A DNA stretch of 64,000 nt from Schmidtea nova (Eukaryota). Position 1 is the stretch's first letter. Each line of letters starts with the position of its first letter. The translations under genes and the position numbers were made by a program. This document shows, in pieces, positions 13,762-26,613 of the stretch. The notes beneath the pieces are model-generated. The model saw only the letters and a program-made list of their open reading frames with translations. It made no database searches and was not told the origin of the DNA. Location: assembly GCA_044892505.1 (NCBI GenBank), contig CM097883.1, forward strand, positions 77,562,001 through 77,626,000. Reading direction: 5' to 3'.

Positions 13762-15140
13762 CCTAACAACCAAAAAAAATTTGATCTAGTCATAATTATG
13801 AAAATTATTGACTTTACTTAAAAATTACAAAACAAAATTATATAAATAATTTAACAGAAATGCAACTATAACGCGTAGAGACATAAAAAGGACAAAAGAA
13901 ACACCAAGAAAAATTCATAAAAAACAAAAAATAAAAATAATTTAATATTTTTTAAAAAATTAAATTATAAAATCTTACACCAATAAAAGTAAAAAGTAAA
14001 AAAATCAAATCAAAAATTTTTTTTTATTAGGTTTATCATTTATTAATTAAAAAACTCGCAAATTAAATTTATTCTAAATATCATTAAATTATATTCAAAA
14101 ATTTCGAATAACTTTAAGGACAAATAAAAATTATTTTAATTAATCAATAAAATTAAAAAAATTGTTTATCGATCAAATTTGAACAAAAGATATTTAAAAA
14201 TAATAACAAATAAATTAAAATTCAATAAATTAAAATTCAATAAATTAAAATTGACAAATTAGCTTTCCCCAATAAATAACTCTTCCTGAAATAATACCCT
14301 CTGAGAATTTATGTAACAAAATTGAATATAAAATAGTATCTGATAAGATACAATTTTAAAAATATAAGAGTTTGTAGAAAATATAAAATATTATCAAAAA
14401 TAATAAGTTAAGTAAAATAGCAATGTTTTGATGTAATTGTAATGTGGTATATGATTGTCCTGGTATTTATGCTGTGTTACGTAATACAGTATAATTGTTG
14501 TATATAATTGTTGTATATGCTGTTAATGATGTATATTTTTATAATGATCATTTTTGTTATTGTTAATATCGTTATTATCATTATTGTTGTTTTAGTTATG
14601 GCAGCGTACAGGAATCCCCCCAATCAATTGTGCGCATGTAGGATAAATTATATTAAATATTAAATTATAATTTTAATTAGAAATTTGAATTTGGCTTGCT
14701 ATAACAAATTGCTATAATATGCCAAATGACAAATAAAAGAAATCGATATTAAAAAATTACGAAATATTGTTGGAGACAATTATTGTATAAATATCATTTT
14801 TTAGATCCAGTGGTCTTACTTTTCCGTGTACTGGATTTCCGTTTGTGATTGTTGCGTGTTCAGTTGTTTTTTCTGAATCGTCGTTGAATTGGATTGGTTC
14901 CGTTCATTCTTTGAATCGTTCCAGAATTTTGTTGATTTCTGTTGTAATTTTGTCCAGGTTAAGTTTGTTTTTGTTTTTGTCGTAACGACGCCAATGTCCA
15001 TCTTTGGTTTTTATCCACAGCTCAAGTTTGCTGTCGTATTGTTGCATTAGTATTTTCTATTATTTGTTTGTTTTTACAATCTACTAGGAGGTTGTAATTT
15101 GTTAGGAAGTCTGCTTCTATTATTGCTTGTTGGATCTCAG

Positions 15141-15377
15141 CTATGGTGAATGTCCAGTTGTAATTTTTTTATTTATTGTTAAATTTATTGTTTGTTGCCC
15201 GAAAGTTTTAATGTTTGTGCCGTTAGCTGCTGTTAATGGTTTTTCTGTTTTGTTGGCATTTTTATATATAAAATGAGGCAATAATGAAATCGCCGAGCCG
15301 GTGTCTATTAAAAAATCTGTATTATTTGTTTGCACCCAAATTGTGTTGTTTTTGTCACCTGATGTGGGTGCTATCAT
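15141..15377 (-). pseudogene. Retropepsin-type aspartic protease fragment
   Basis: FLIDTGSAISLLP...LTAANGTNIKTFG; truncated afterwards. Confidence 0.8.
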
Positions 15378-15385
15378 TGGTGACC

Positions 15386-16508
15386 TTATTGGTTTCCGTG
15401 CTTTATTTTATTAAATTCGCAGGGTTGTACGTATTTGTATGCTTTTTCCCCGAATTTATTGTAAAAATAGCAGTGGTTTTTGTTTAAGTAATTATTTCTT
15501 GAATCTTTTTCTGGGCTTTTTTTTTCGGTAATTGTTTAATCGATTTGGGGAGTTTGACCGATTTCTGTAATTGTTGTTTGGTGATTGACTGCGGCTGTAG
15601 TTTTGTCTGTTGTATTCTGAAGGTTGATTGTAGAATTGTCTGTTTTGACGGTTTTATGGTTGATCTCTGTTGTATTTGTATCTATTGTAACTATCGTATG
15701 ATTGGTTTGAGTTAAAGTTTTGTTTGTTACCTCTTTCTTTCATTTCGGCTAGTTCAGCTTTTATTTGTTTGTTTTCGAATATTATTTCGTCGAATTTGCT
15801 AATTAATGTTTTTATTAGTTTGTTTGATGTTTCATTTGGTTCAGTATTTTTGTTGTATGAAGGATTGTTGTTATTTGTTTTGTTTTTATTGTAGCTTTGA
15901 GTGCTACAGATTGTAGGGTAGATTTCCTCATTGATCTTGTCAGCTATTCCGGCAAGTGTTTCTACATCCGCGTTGCTACTAGCTGCTAGAATGCGTCTAA
16001 TTTTTGGTGGCATAACTCGCATGAAAAATTCTTTCGCTAGTTCGTTGGAGCCTGAATTTGTGATGCTGGGTTGGAGGTATTCCAATTTTTGCTTGAGTTG
16101 TCGGAGAAGATCTGTTGGTTTGTTGTCGCCTAGTTGCGTATTATTAAGGCATGACTCTAACATTTGTCTCCTGTTTATTTTGTTTTTATTTGTTAATATG
16201 TTGCAGAGTTTGTTGAACGGGTTATCGTCCTTCAATATTTCCTCAATTTGGTCTGCAATCTCATTTAGCTTGTTGTTAGTGAGTGCTGCTATGATGTTAG
16301 GGCATAAGGAATTTGTCGATTTAACTCCGGAAAGCGTTAAGGTTAGTTTCGCAAATTCTAACCATTTTTGTGGCGTTCCGTTGTCGTCGGTGAAATAATT
16401 GGGGATATTTATTCTGGGGTTGATTACTGAGCTTATGGTGTGTGTGTGTTTTCGAGGTTGTAATAATAAAGATTTTTTATTGTTGTGGTTATGTATTTTC
16501 GTTTTCAA
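15386..16508 (-). pseudogene. gag: CsRn1-lineage Gag with one in-frame stop at 15654
   Basis: LGDNKPTDLLRQLK...FFMRVMPPKIRRILA...LAGIADKINE. Reading through the stop gives CYFYNKFGKKAYKYVQPCEF (degenerate C-x2-H-x9-C-x3-C) and a terminal HGNQ* over a GGAAAC slippery-like site. Confidence 0.8.
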
Positions 16509-17458
16509 TGGGTGTTTGTCAAGTATTTGGGTCTGTTTGATTTGATACCATTTGATTTGTTTTGTTGTTGTTTCCTTTGTTGTTTATTAGTGTAAAAAAT
16601 GAGATTGAATGAAGGATATAGCCTACTGTGTTCGGCTAAAAGTATCGTTAATCCTTATACCTCTATAATAGGTATTCTAAAGGCGTTAACGTTTGAAAAA
16701 ATTCGGCGAATGCGTATTTTTTGTGATTTGTTGTTTTTCTTCTGACACCACTGTTATGTTTGTTTAAACTAGCTAAGTTATTTGTCGTTTTTCGTGCTAT
16801 ATAAAAGGGAATTATTGAAGAGCCCGAGAGAGTCTTCCAAAAAAACAAATCGTGTGGAGACACTCGGGGTGTGTGCTTATATAATGTTGGGTTCTACAAC
16901 AATTCAAAATCTGAAAACGAACAACAAAATTTAAATAATAAACTATATTTTTTACAAAAATCGTATTTAGCAAAAATCAAAATGCTAAAACCACGAAAAG
17001 TAACTTGCGATATCTTCTTTATAGTTAATTTGGTCGAAGAGTTCTGAATAAGTTCTGAAAGTTTTTCTACGTTGAAATTTGGAGGATACAAATGGGATAA
17101 TAAATGGAATTTATACAATACAATTTGAGTGGAGATCTTTTAATCAACTCAAGGATTTTCTCTGGGATATAAATGGGATAATAAATGTAAATTATACAAC
17201 AATTGTCTCCAACAATATTTCGTAATTTTTTAATATCGATTTCTTTTATTTGTCATTTGGCTTACTATAGCAACTTGCTATAGCAAGCCAAATTCAAATT
17301 TCTAATTAAAATTATAATTAAATATTTAATATAATTTTTCCTACATGCGCACAATTGATTGGGGGGATTCCTGTACGCTGCCATAATTAAAACAACAATA
17401 AAGATAATAACGATATTAACAATAATAAAAATGACCATTATAAAAATGTACAGCATGA

Positions 17459-17499
<41 letters not shown>

Positions 17500-18689
17500 G
17501 TAAACTTTTATTGAATAGACTTTTCTCTAGTTATTGTTATTTATTAATATTAGATGACGACTAGTAGTTACAGTTAATTTCGTATTTATTACATCCTTAA
17601 ATTACAAAATATATTTCAATTAAAAAAATGATTCAATTTCCACAATATTATTTAAAGAAATAATATTTTAGAGGAGTATTTTGATATTTTCAGTATTACA
17701 GTCTAAAAAATATTGGTCATTGTAGTTGCCATATTAGCTACCGTGAATTTCGTATTTATGATATGCATAAATTAACAATATAAATTAACAAAATATATTT
17801 CAATTAAAAACAATTTCTTTCTTACAATATTATATAAGCAAATAATAATTTTGAGGAGTTTTTTAAATGTGAGCTATTGATATTTTCAGAAGGACAGATT
17901 CTATTCATCAAACATTTCATTCACATTAATATCTTAATTTTATTATTTTTATTATTTAAAATTTATAGAACATTTCATTTAAAATGTTATATGAAATACT
18001 ATTTTAACAATATTTTATGTAATTAATCTTTAAAAGCTAATATTTAATTTTTAAATATATAATTAGATCCAATTCGTTTAAAAAGTTTCAACCATTCAAT
18101 GTTCCTTATAATCTGTTTCCCATTTTCTATTTGCAGTTTATAGCTCCTATTGTGCTCTTGATTGATGACTGCCTCGTGCCAAAAATACCTGTCCTCAGAA
18201 TATAGATGTGAGCCAGCTAGACTAAGACCCATCCCTTTGGGGGTCCAAGGGGCACAGATTTCATTTTTTAAAAATATTATGAATTTCCTTGGTAATATCT
18301 AAATATAATACTAAAAATAAAAATCATATCATAATTCGTGATACCTATATAATAATCTTTAATTCTTTATATCCATTACACTACCTGAAACTTTTAAACA
18401 TTTTTATTATTTCTCACATGAAACCAACATATCCTTGTATATTTTTATCTCCGGATTTTATTTCTGCTACCAATCTTTTCCTGGACGTCTAGTTTTGAGT
18501 AAAAATGAAAGTTTTTATTTTAATGATACTGTATATTAAAATAAGAATAATAAAGTACAAGAAGTGAAATATGTTTCATAGTAAAACAAATGTGCAAGTA
18601 AACATGTATAATTGCAAACTTATAAAAAACATTTATTATGGATCTAACATTTTAAAAACAAACAGAAATCTGCCATTTTTTGTTAGTCT

Positions 18690-18880
18690 GCTCTGCCAGG
18701 TATCGTTTTTCGATTGTTTGGACTGTCTGGTGAAATCATTCACGATGCTCATCAATGATTTTGCCAAGATTGAGCGGAGAAAATGTATTTTAAGAGACAT
18801 ATTTATTCCCATTTCATGAAAAGCATTCAGCATTCCCTTGATTTATCCTTGTAATCTAGTGATCGGTGCTTACCTAAAAA
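18690..18880 (-). pseudogene. Transposase C-terminal fragment, probably Chapaev-like (CMC superfamily)
   Basis: MLNAFHEMGINMSLKIHFL, then after a frameshift NLGKIIDEHRE*FHQTVQTIEKRY (compare MSLKxHFLHSHLD..NLG..SDEHGERFHQ). The family name is from memory of the motif. Confidence 0.55.
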
Positions 18881-20180
18881 CGAAAATATTATGATTTGCA
18901 TGAACTGCATTTATAAAGTAAACTAATTAGGAATTTGAACATTTTGCTAATTCTCTACCCAAAAATGGAATTAGACAACTAGAAAAACGTTTAGGAACCT
19001 ACTTCTCATGGGACAATCATGTTTCACGAAGACTTCACAGGATCATATTTTTATATATTTACTCAAAATATTTTCCACTGTCTTCTGAAAGAGTGAGGGA
19101 CATCATGTCGCACACACAGTTTAAGGGGCAAATATTTTCTCTTGATCACCAAATTTCATTTTAAAATAATCATAATATCTTTGTTTGATAAGTAGAGTAA
19201 TTGAATTTCTGTTTCATTGTATAACAATTTACTCCCAACATATATGATCCGGATTGTTTTGAAAAGTCTATTTACGCATTTTGAAATAAGAATGATTGCA
19301 ATGATCAAAAATTTTGATTACGAAACAAAGAAAATAAATGATATGTGTATTTCTTTTGATTGAAGTATTACCTTCATTAGTCCCAATTATTCACATAATA
19401 TTTATTCTGATTCTAAAAGTCACCACAAGCAATACCCATTTTTGATGATAAATTAACAAATAAATCAATAATAATAAATAAACTACTCACTTGATACATA
19501 GTTTAGCGAAGCATGTAATATCAACTTTCGAAATTTAAATAATGGGCAACTGGTAATATATAGCTAATTTAAATAAATGACATTTTTAATAACTCAGTAA
19601 CAAGACACCTGGGACTATCAACACCATATATCAGGGATATTCAACTGGCGGCCAGCCGGACAGATCCGGCCCACCGAAATTTGAAAATGGCCCTTTCAAT
19701 ATCTTCGAATATTACACACATATAAAAATATTTGGATGATATATGCATAAAAATTATATTTATCTGGAAAATTACATAATAATATAAAAATATATGGTAA
19801 ACATTATAATACTTGGTAATAGAATAACAATCACTAAAACACGTTTATATTTTGTTAAAGTGTAATCCGCTACAAAACTAACAACTTTTTAATTGATACG
19901 GCCCTCGATTGCCCTTATAAGATAAATTTGGCCCTTCATAATATAGGGTTTCACGACCAATTTAATAATATTTGCAACCAATTTCATAATTTCTCGTTCA
20001 ATTTCATAATTTTTGCAACCAATTACATAATTTTTGCAATCAAATTCATAATATTTGCAATCAATTTCATAAAAAAATTAAAAAATAAACTCTAAATTTA
20101 TAAATGTATACTGTAAATTAAACCTTTAAAGTTAAACTTCAAAAAAAATATTCTTAAAAAAAATTCAAACAAAAGATTTA

Positions 20181-20927
20181 TTATTCAAGAATCTCCAATC
20201 TTAACTCCGCTTTTTGTAAATATTTAAGCATTTTCCGATAAAAAGAAGCACAATGTTCAGGTGTTATTTGATAAAAATTGTCGGTAATATTGCTTCTCAA
20301 TTCTGCTTCAGTTCGCGCATTGCTGCGAATGACACAATTTTTCCAAACGGAAAACACGTTTTCGATGGGGTTCAAAAACGGAGAATAAGGTGGAAGGTAT
20401 TGTATCCTATACGATGAAATTTCTGCGTCATCAATCAACCCCCTGTAATGATGTATGCGGGCATTATCCATGATAAAGATGGGGGAAACTATTCCTATGC
20501 GAATACAGCAATCGTGGAGTTCTTTTAAGCATGTTTTAAAATCTTCACCATTAACGGCTCTTTCCTGAATTTTATGGTAGATCATACCGTATTTGTTCAT
20601 TGCAGCAACGACAGAAATATTCCTGCTTCTTGCGGCCGGCACAGAGAGATAGGCCGACGATCCTTTGGAGCTTCTTCCACGAGATGGGCGTGTTACCACC
20701 GCAAATCCAACTTCATCGAGGAAGACAAAATTTTTATCATCATTTTCAATTTCTAAGGTTCGTAACATGCTTGCATAAACGGCTCGGATCTCAATTGTCG
20801 AACTACAATTTCGACGTTCTGGTACCAATGTCACGCGTTTTAATGTGTAATGAAACTGGCAAAGCGCACGATCGACGGTACTAATCGAAACATCGATTCC
20901 GAAATTGCTATGTATCCACTCCTTCAT
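20181..20927 (-). CDS. Tc1/IS630-type DD34E transposase, 5'-truncated
   Basis: FVFLDEVGF / IFIMDNARIHH / LPPYSPFLNPIE, with 34 residues between the second D and E. The N-terminal HTH is largely missing. Short TGCAAYCAATTTCATAAT repeats at about 19970-20050. Confidence 0.92.
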   Translation of the reverse strand: MKEWIHSNFGIDVSISTVDRALCQFHYTLKRVTLVPERRNCSSTIEIRAVYASMLRTLEIENDDKNFVFLDEVGFAVVTRPSRGRSSKGSSAYLSVPAARSRNISVVAAMNKYGMIYHKIQERAVNGEDFKTCLKELHDCCIRIGIVSPIFIMDNARIHHYRGLIDDAEISSYRIQYLPPYSPFLNPIENVFSVWKNCVIRSNARTEAELRSNITDNFYQITPEHCASFYRKMLKYLQKAELRLEILE

Positions 20928-21711
20928 ATCTTTGAGGCTTTTAGTACACTCCTCATTAACTCCTCATTATATTTAGTTGAATACCCATGCCATATATGAT
21001 TTTTATCCTTCACCAAGTCCTAACCATTAATTATAGTTGCAATCAAGAAAAAATATCATGCCAGGTAGTGATTTTTGCCGAATAAATTTATAAACAATTT
21101 ATCTTTGATATCATTTATTCGTTCCAACTTTTGATTAGGTGTTTTTAAAGAACCTTTGTTAATGTTAAAAAAAAGTTCTCTATTTGAAATATTTGTCCAT
21201 GTGATTCCATTTAAATATAATCTATCATGATTAACTCTTTATTTTTATATTTTTTATTTTATAATTTTTGTTTTTATAATTATATTATTTTTATACTTTG
21301 TCATTTTTGTGGTTTTGTGATTTTGTTATTTTGTGATTCTCAAAAAATTCTAAAGCATTTCTTTATATCCCCTTTAAATCTTTCCACCTTCCTCATTTTA
21401 TTCATTTGAAATTTATACACTCACTTCATTTCATTATCATTACTCTGTTATTTTATTTGAAATTTTCCAATTTGGTATTTTTCAAATTTAATGTTTGTTA
21501 AGGTATGTTTTTACTTTAATATTGTAATCAATAATTTCAAATTTATGTCCATAATCACAACATTNNNNNNNNNNNNNNNNNNNNNNNNNNNNNNNNNNNN
21601 NNNNNNNNNNNNNNNNNNNNNNNNNNNNNNNNNNNNNNNNNNNNNNNNNNNNNNNNNNNNNNNNNNNNNNNNNNNNNNNNNNNNNNNNNNNNNNNNNNNN
21701 NNNNAATATAA

Positions 21712-21756
21712 TAATGCAATATATTTCAACAGCTTAGCTGTCATCATCAGGCTCTA
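21712..21756 (-). ncRNA. Candidate minimal type I hammerhead ribozyme (PLE-type)
   Basis: Minus strand TAGAGC-CTGATGA-T-GACAGC TAA GCTGTT-GAA-ATATAT-T-GCATTA: canonical core, 6-bp stem II, palindromic stem III. Confidence 0.55.
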
Positions 21757-21954
21757 CACAATCTCAATAAAATAAAAATTGATCTTATTTATGAGCTTAA
21801 TAGTGATTACATAATCACATGTGCACAATCCAATAAAATTGATGATAAAATCATTTAATCCTAAAATAAACAATCAAAAATGCAATATATACATGCATTT
21901 TGAGTTTTTAATTAATTTTACTAGGGTAAATAAAAAACGTTTTTAAATAAAGGC

Positions 21955-22290
21955 GGTAACAGAATCCCCTGTTTTAGGATACCCAGATCTTACAAGAGAG
22001 TTTATCCTAGATACAGTTTTGATATAATTGGGACTGTACTATCACAAAGAGATAATAATGGTCACGAAAAGGTTATAGAAAATGGGTAACACGCGATGAG
22101 TAATCATGAAAAGGATATTGTATTTCGAGAATAGAGCTGCTTGCAATTTACTACTTTTGTCATCATTTTAACCACTACCTGTACGACAAAATAGTTACGT
22201 TGAGAACGGATCACAAAGCAATCATGTTCATGCTATCCACAAAAAAAGCCAATAACTGCGTAATTTCAGACATGGATCAACCATCTCAGT
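21955..22290 (+). pseudogene. Ty3/Gypsy RNase H fragment
   Basis: ESPVLGYPDLTREFILDT...IIGTVLSQRDNNGHEKVI...ELLAIYYFCHHFNHYL...VTLRTDHKAI, with frameshifts. Confidence 0.75.
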
Positions 22291-22299
22291 AGTCTAGAC

Positions 22300-24700
22300 C
22301 AGTGTTTCCCAATCTTTTTCTCCTAGCGAACCCTAAGTAAAATCCGAAAGAATTTGGCGAATCCCCTGTGTAGCCGTTAATGACAGGTAAAAAACAATAA
22401 AATTTGGTATAACATTTATTTTCCATATTGCACAATAGTTCATAATAAAACATAAGTACAAACATTAATAAGACTACAATGATATCTATAGAAAATTAAT
22501 ACAAAATAAATTTAACAAATCAACTAGTTCTTATTAAATTTAAGCATACATGGTGAGCCATATATAGCGCACTGACGTCACAATTTTTCGTGTGCCGCTT
22601 TATAGAAATTTTTGCTTACTAATGCACTTAGTAAAACAAAGACATAATTGGCTATTGAGTAGCCCATAGAGTTTGGCAATAGCGAAACCTACGCATGCGC
22701 ATTGACTGTAGTATGGTACTGAATCCTAACAAAGCGGCATTTTGCGAAAAATGGTCTGACGTCACTGAACTATATATGGCTCACCATGTATGTTACATTT
22801 GAAAAAACTCTTAATGGGATATTTGTGGCTGTTTGATGGAGCAAAGTAACTCAAAGTTTGGCTGAATATCTGACAATTTCAGTCTTAGATCAGGTTCTGC
22901 ATTTAACCTGTTTCTGTACTTATCTTTCAGATAAGTATATGCTGAAAATCCTTTCTCACATAGATATGTTGTACAGAATGGCAATAGAACTTCAATGGCT
23001 TTTTTGACAAAACAGGATATTCATTTTTAATACTGAGCCAGAAGTCAATTAAAGAGTGATCTTTAAAAATAGCTTTCTAAGAACTGTCACGGGATAACTC
23101 TGAGTTTTTCTTTTTCCTGTAAAGTTAGAGAGGTTTCTATACTTACATTTCCTTGAAATATATGGATATAATGCATCTATTGGGAAAATAATCATCGAAA
23201 GTTAATTGAAGATGTTTCAGATGTTCACATATATTCTTTTTAATGTTTTCGTCAAGTTTAATTGAATTTTCTGATAAAAAAGTGCTGAGAGAACCAAAAC
23301 ATTCATACTCATTCATCTGCAGACATTGGGTCCAAAAATTGATCTTTTTTAGCATAGCCTCAATTCTATCATGTACACTGAAAATGGTGATACCCGCGCC
23401 TTGTAATGACAGATTTAATTCATTTAATTTACAAAAGATGTCAGCTAAGTATGCAAGCTTTTGCAGCCAAAGAATATCGGATACACAAGATGACAGATGA
23501 AACGGATGATCAATAAAAAATGCTTCAACTTCAGACTTCAATTCAAACAAGCATGTCAACACTTTACCACGGGAAAGCCATCTAACTTCTGTGTGAAGTA
23601 GTAAAGAAACGTGAAGACTTCCAAAGTCCTCACAAAGCGCACGGAATAGACGGCAATTTGTAGCACGAGATTTTATAAAATTTACAATTTTTACAGAATC
23701 ACTTAAAGTGGTAGATAACTCTGCAGGAATACGCTTACATGCCAATGCTTGTCTATGAATTCAAAAATGAGTCAATTCAATTTTCTCGTTAATCTTCTTT
23801 ACCCGTGCTACAAAACCAGAAATTTTCCTGACATTGATTTTGCACCATCAGTACACACACTCACACAATAAGACCAGTTTATTTCATTTTTTTCGAAATA
23901 ACCAATAATCATATCGAAAATTGTTTCTCCAGTTGTATAGGTTTTCAAAGGTTTTGCAAATAGTACATCTTCTTGCACGATATTCGTGAAAATATATCTA
24001 ACGTAGACAAGCAATATTGCGGCGTTTGCTACATCGGTCGACTCGTCAAGTTATGTCGCAAAATAATTAAATTTTATTCTTTTCAAAAGTTCGTTCTCCA
24101 CATCATTTGCTAAATCATTAATTCTACGTGACACCGTATTGTTTAATAAGGGAACCAGATCAATTTTCCTTGCTGTCTTTTTATCCAAGCATACATTTCA
24201 TGATATCTTTTGCACATGGTTCAATTAGATTCTGTGCCATTGTATGTGCCTGCCCAGATATTGCAATTCTATAACTTACTCGAAATGATGCCTCAAGGGC
24301 CATTTTACTATCTTCGTTTGAAGACAGGAAAAAGGAGACACTACACTTTTTATTATCTGCTAATTTTCTTTTAAAATACTCAAGAGGTTTATCCTTGTGC
24401 GCCGGATGTTTTGTTTCAAGGTGTCTACGAAGAAGTGATGGTCTTAAACTGCTGTTGGCAAGAACTTCGTTGCAGATTACACAAAGCGGTTTAGGTTCTG
24501 ACTTTTCCCCAGTAAAATGAAAACCCATTTGTAAATAGTCGCTGTCATATTTTCGCTTTTTCCTTTTTTTTCTCAGCATGTTCATCATTTTTTAATTCTT
24601 TTTAGTCTGATGAAATAGTAGCTCAATACAGCTTTCAGTATCATCATGTGTTGTTTCTAAACGACCCGTTTTTAACCATCGATCTATAATAAAATTGGGG
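22300..24700 (-). mobile_element. hAT transposon of the Buster/Charlie (ZBED5/SCAND3-like) type, degenerate
   Basis: TIR CAGTGTTTCCCAA at 22300 preceded by GTCTAGAC (Buster-type target). Transposase pieces: 24181-24588 (KRKYDSDYL..PLCVICNEVL..LRRHLETKH), 23808-24014, 23143-23745 (LLLHTEVRWLSRGKVL), and about 22810-23000 (LLPFCTTYLCEKGFS). Second TIR not found. Confidence 0.9.
22549..22788. mobile_element. 240-bp MITE with TA target duplication (Tc1/mariner-type)
   Basis: Perfect 19-bp TIR CATGGTGAGCCATATATAG extending to TGACGTCA; TA at 22547-48 and 22789-90. Confidence 0.9.
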
Positions 24701-25049
24701 TATAATAATTATTGAAAGTTATGTACACGAGAAGAACTTCACAAAAACAAACAAAGCCACAGTAGCTATTCTACTAATCGCGAAATAGATCACTCAAGGT
24801 TTACAAGCCCTTGTTCGAACGGCTGTCAATGCAACTCTACTCTCTCAGTTACCAGTTGTGAATAAGCATCTAATTCTAAAATCTGTGTGCAACTAAAAGC
24901 TAAGTTTACAGGGACCTTTGCAACCGTCATTTGCACACGTCACCATCACTACGACAAATTCATTGCCGTGCAAGGTCAACTTATAACGTTTCCGATTTAT
25001 TGCAGCAACGGCCGTAAAAAAGAAACCGGGAAAACGTGCTATAGAAAAA

Positions 25050-25270
25050 CCACAGGTGGAAATTGTCACTAGAAGAGAGTTTAAATTCGGAGATTCGGTA
25101 CTAGCAAAAGTCGAAGCTAGATCCAAAGACAAAGACAGATACAAAGACCCATACGAAGTGATTCAAAAGATCCATGATAGAGGATAGGCGTTACAGGACG
25201 AAAATGGAAGATTGATTCAAAGGAATGTAGAGAAGATGAAAGAATTTCTTAACGAAGGGGGATGTGAGGC
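25050..25270 (+). pseudogene. Gypsy integrase C-terminus + PPT + LTR start
   Basis: REFKFGDSVLAK...RYKDPYEVIQK...RNVEKMKEFLNEGGC; PPT GAAGGGGGA directly before TGTGAGG at 25263. Probably the same element as the RNase H fragment at 21955, split by the hAT. Confidence 0.65.
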
Positions 25271-26568
25271 TATTTAGACATGATTATTAACGAGCATTAA
25301 AATTAAATAATTATTTGGAAATAGTAAAAATAAGTTTTAAATGTTTTATTAAAAATTTTATATAAATATAATAATAATTTAAGTAAAATTTTATAGAAAA
25401 TTAATTTTACATTAAAATAGTTTAATTTAATTAAAAAGTTTTTATCTTTAAAAAATAATAAATTTGAATACAAATTTTATAAATAGATTTTAAATAAGTA
25501 TTTTAAATAAAAATGCTCGTTTTCAAATTTGTTTAATTATCCTCAAAGAGAAAAACAATTTCATTTAATAAATATTTTTGGATGCTTTCAGAATCTGATC
25601 TAAACGAAGATGTTTTAACAACATCTAATATGGGGAAAATGTTGACAAAAAGAATTATAAATGTTAATATGATAAAATTCACATATGATAATAATATGTC
25701 AATAGGAAACATAAGTCGATTATAAGATATATTGGTATAGCAAATTTTTAAAGTATAACATAGATGTAATAAAATCTATCAAGAATGAACCTTTAATATG
25801 GACATAAAATCAAATAATTATAATGTAAACAATTATAAATGAACAAAAATACCTATAAAGGAACAATCGAGGAATTATCCGAAAGTTCAATGCCTATTTA
25901 TGAAGGCATCCATACATTTTTTGAATTTTTATATTTACTTAATTCTTTTATGAGTTTTTTGTTAATTTGTTTTGTCTGGGTTTTTTTGTGTTATATTAAA
26001 TTTTACTTTTCTTTTATTTATTTCTTTCCTATGTTTTCTAATTACTTTTGCTTACTGGATGCTATGCCCACACTCGCTTCCAAGTTAATGTGATTCAGTT
26101 TTTGCCAAACTATATATTTATTTACAATTTCAAAAATTAATTATTTTTTTAAAATTTAAGTATAACTATTTTTTATAATTACTATTGTTGGGTTATTAAT
26201 GAGTAGTCGGTGGTATCTGACTCCTGTGTTCTCTTATTATCACAACAAGAAATTAGATCCAACACAAACAGTTTCATTTTTGATTCAATAACAACACTGT
26301 AAATCACGATAATGATAATAATAACGATAACNNNNNNNNNNNNNNNNNNNNNNNNNNNNNNNNNNNNNNNNNNNNNNNNNNNNNNNNNNNNNNNNNNNNN
26401 NNNNNNNNNNNNNNNNNNNNNNNNNNNNNNNNNNNNNNNNNNNNNNNNNNNNNNNNNNNNNNNNNNNNNNNNNNNNNNNNNNNNNNNNNNNNNNNNNNNN
26501 NNNNNNNNNNNNNNNNNNNNNNNNNNNNNNNNNNNNNNNNNNNNNNNNNNNNNNNNTTCAAAATATAA

Positions 26569-26613
26569 TAATGCAATATATTTCAACAGCTTAGCTGTCA
26601 TCATCAGGCTTTC
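26569..26613 (-). ncRNA. Second copy of the CTGATGA hammerhead candidate
   Basis: Same core and stem II as 21712-21756; differs only in the stem I flank. Confidence 0.55.

Larger units (their letters stand above)
14430..16900 (-). mobile_element. Internally deleted CsRn1-like Ty3/Gypsy element (gag + protease, no RT/INT)
   Basis: Gag and aspartic protease on the minus strand, then a 3' UTR, a PPT-like GGGGGGATTCC (14612-14622) and an LTR-like start TGTACGCTGCC. Outer boundaries approximate. Confidence 0.7.
14517..17458. repeat. ~270-bp inverted repeat pair (about 14517-14790 and 17190-17458)
   Basis: GGCAGCGTACAGGAATCCCCCCAATCAATTGTGCGCATGTAGG at about 14600 versus CCTACATGCGCACAATTGATTGGGGGGATTCCTGTACGCTGCC at about 17340, with matching flanks. 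A diverged third copy lies at about 46470-46620. Confidence 0.9.

Noticed and set aside
15931-16398. Long antisense ORFs (also 30442-37878 + set, 50598-53867 - set, 55270-62609 + set)
   Set aside because: Shadow frames of A-rich sense ORFs; hydrophobic Ser/Phe/Leu/Ile-rich with no motifs.
14517-17458. DIRS-like or DNA-transposon interpretation of the inverted repeats
   Set aside because: No tyrosine recombinase, RT or transposase inside; the arms contain a PPT and LTR start and are better explained as Gypsy 3' ends.
26186-26331. Short segment resembling the element 1 LTR start (TGTTGGGTT...CTGACTCCT.GTGTTC)
   Set aside because: Runs into an N-gap; neither extent nor TSD can be established.
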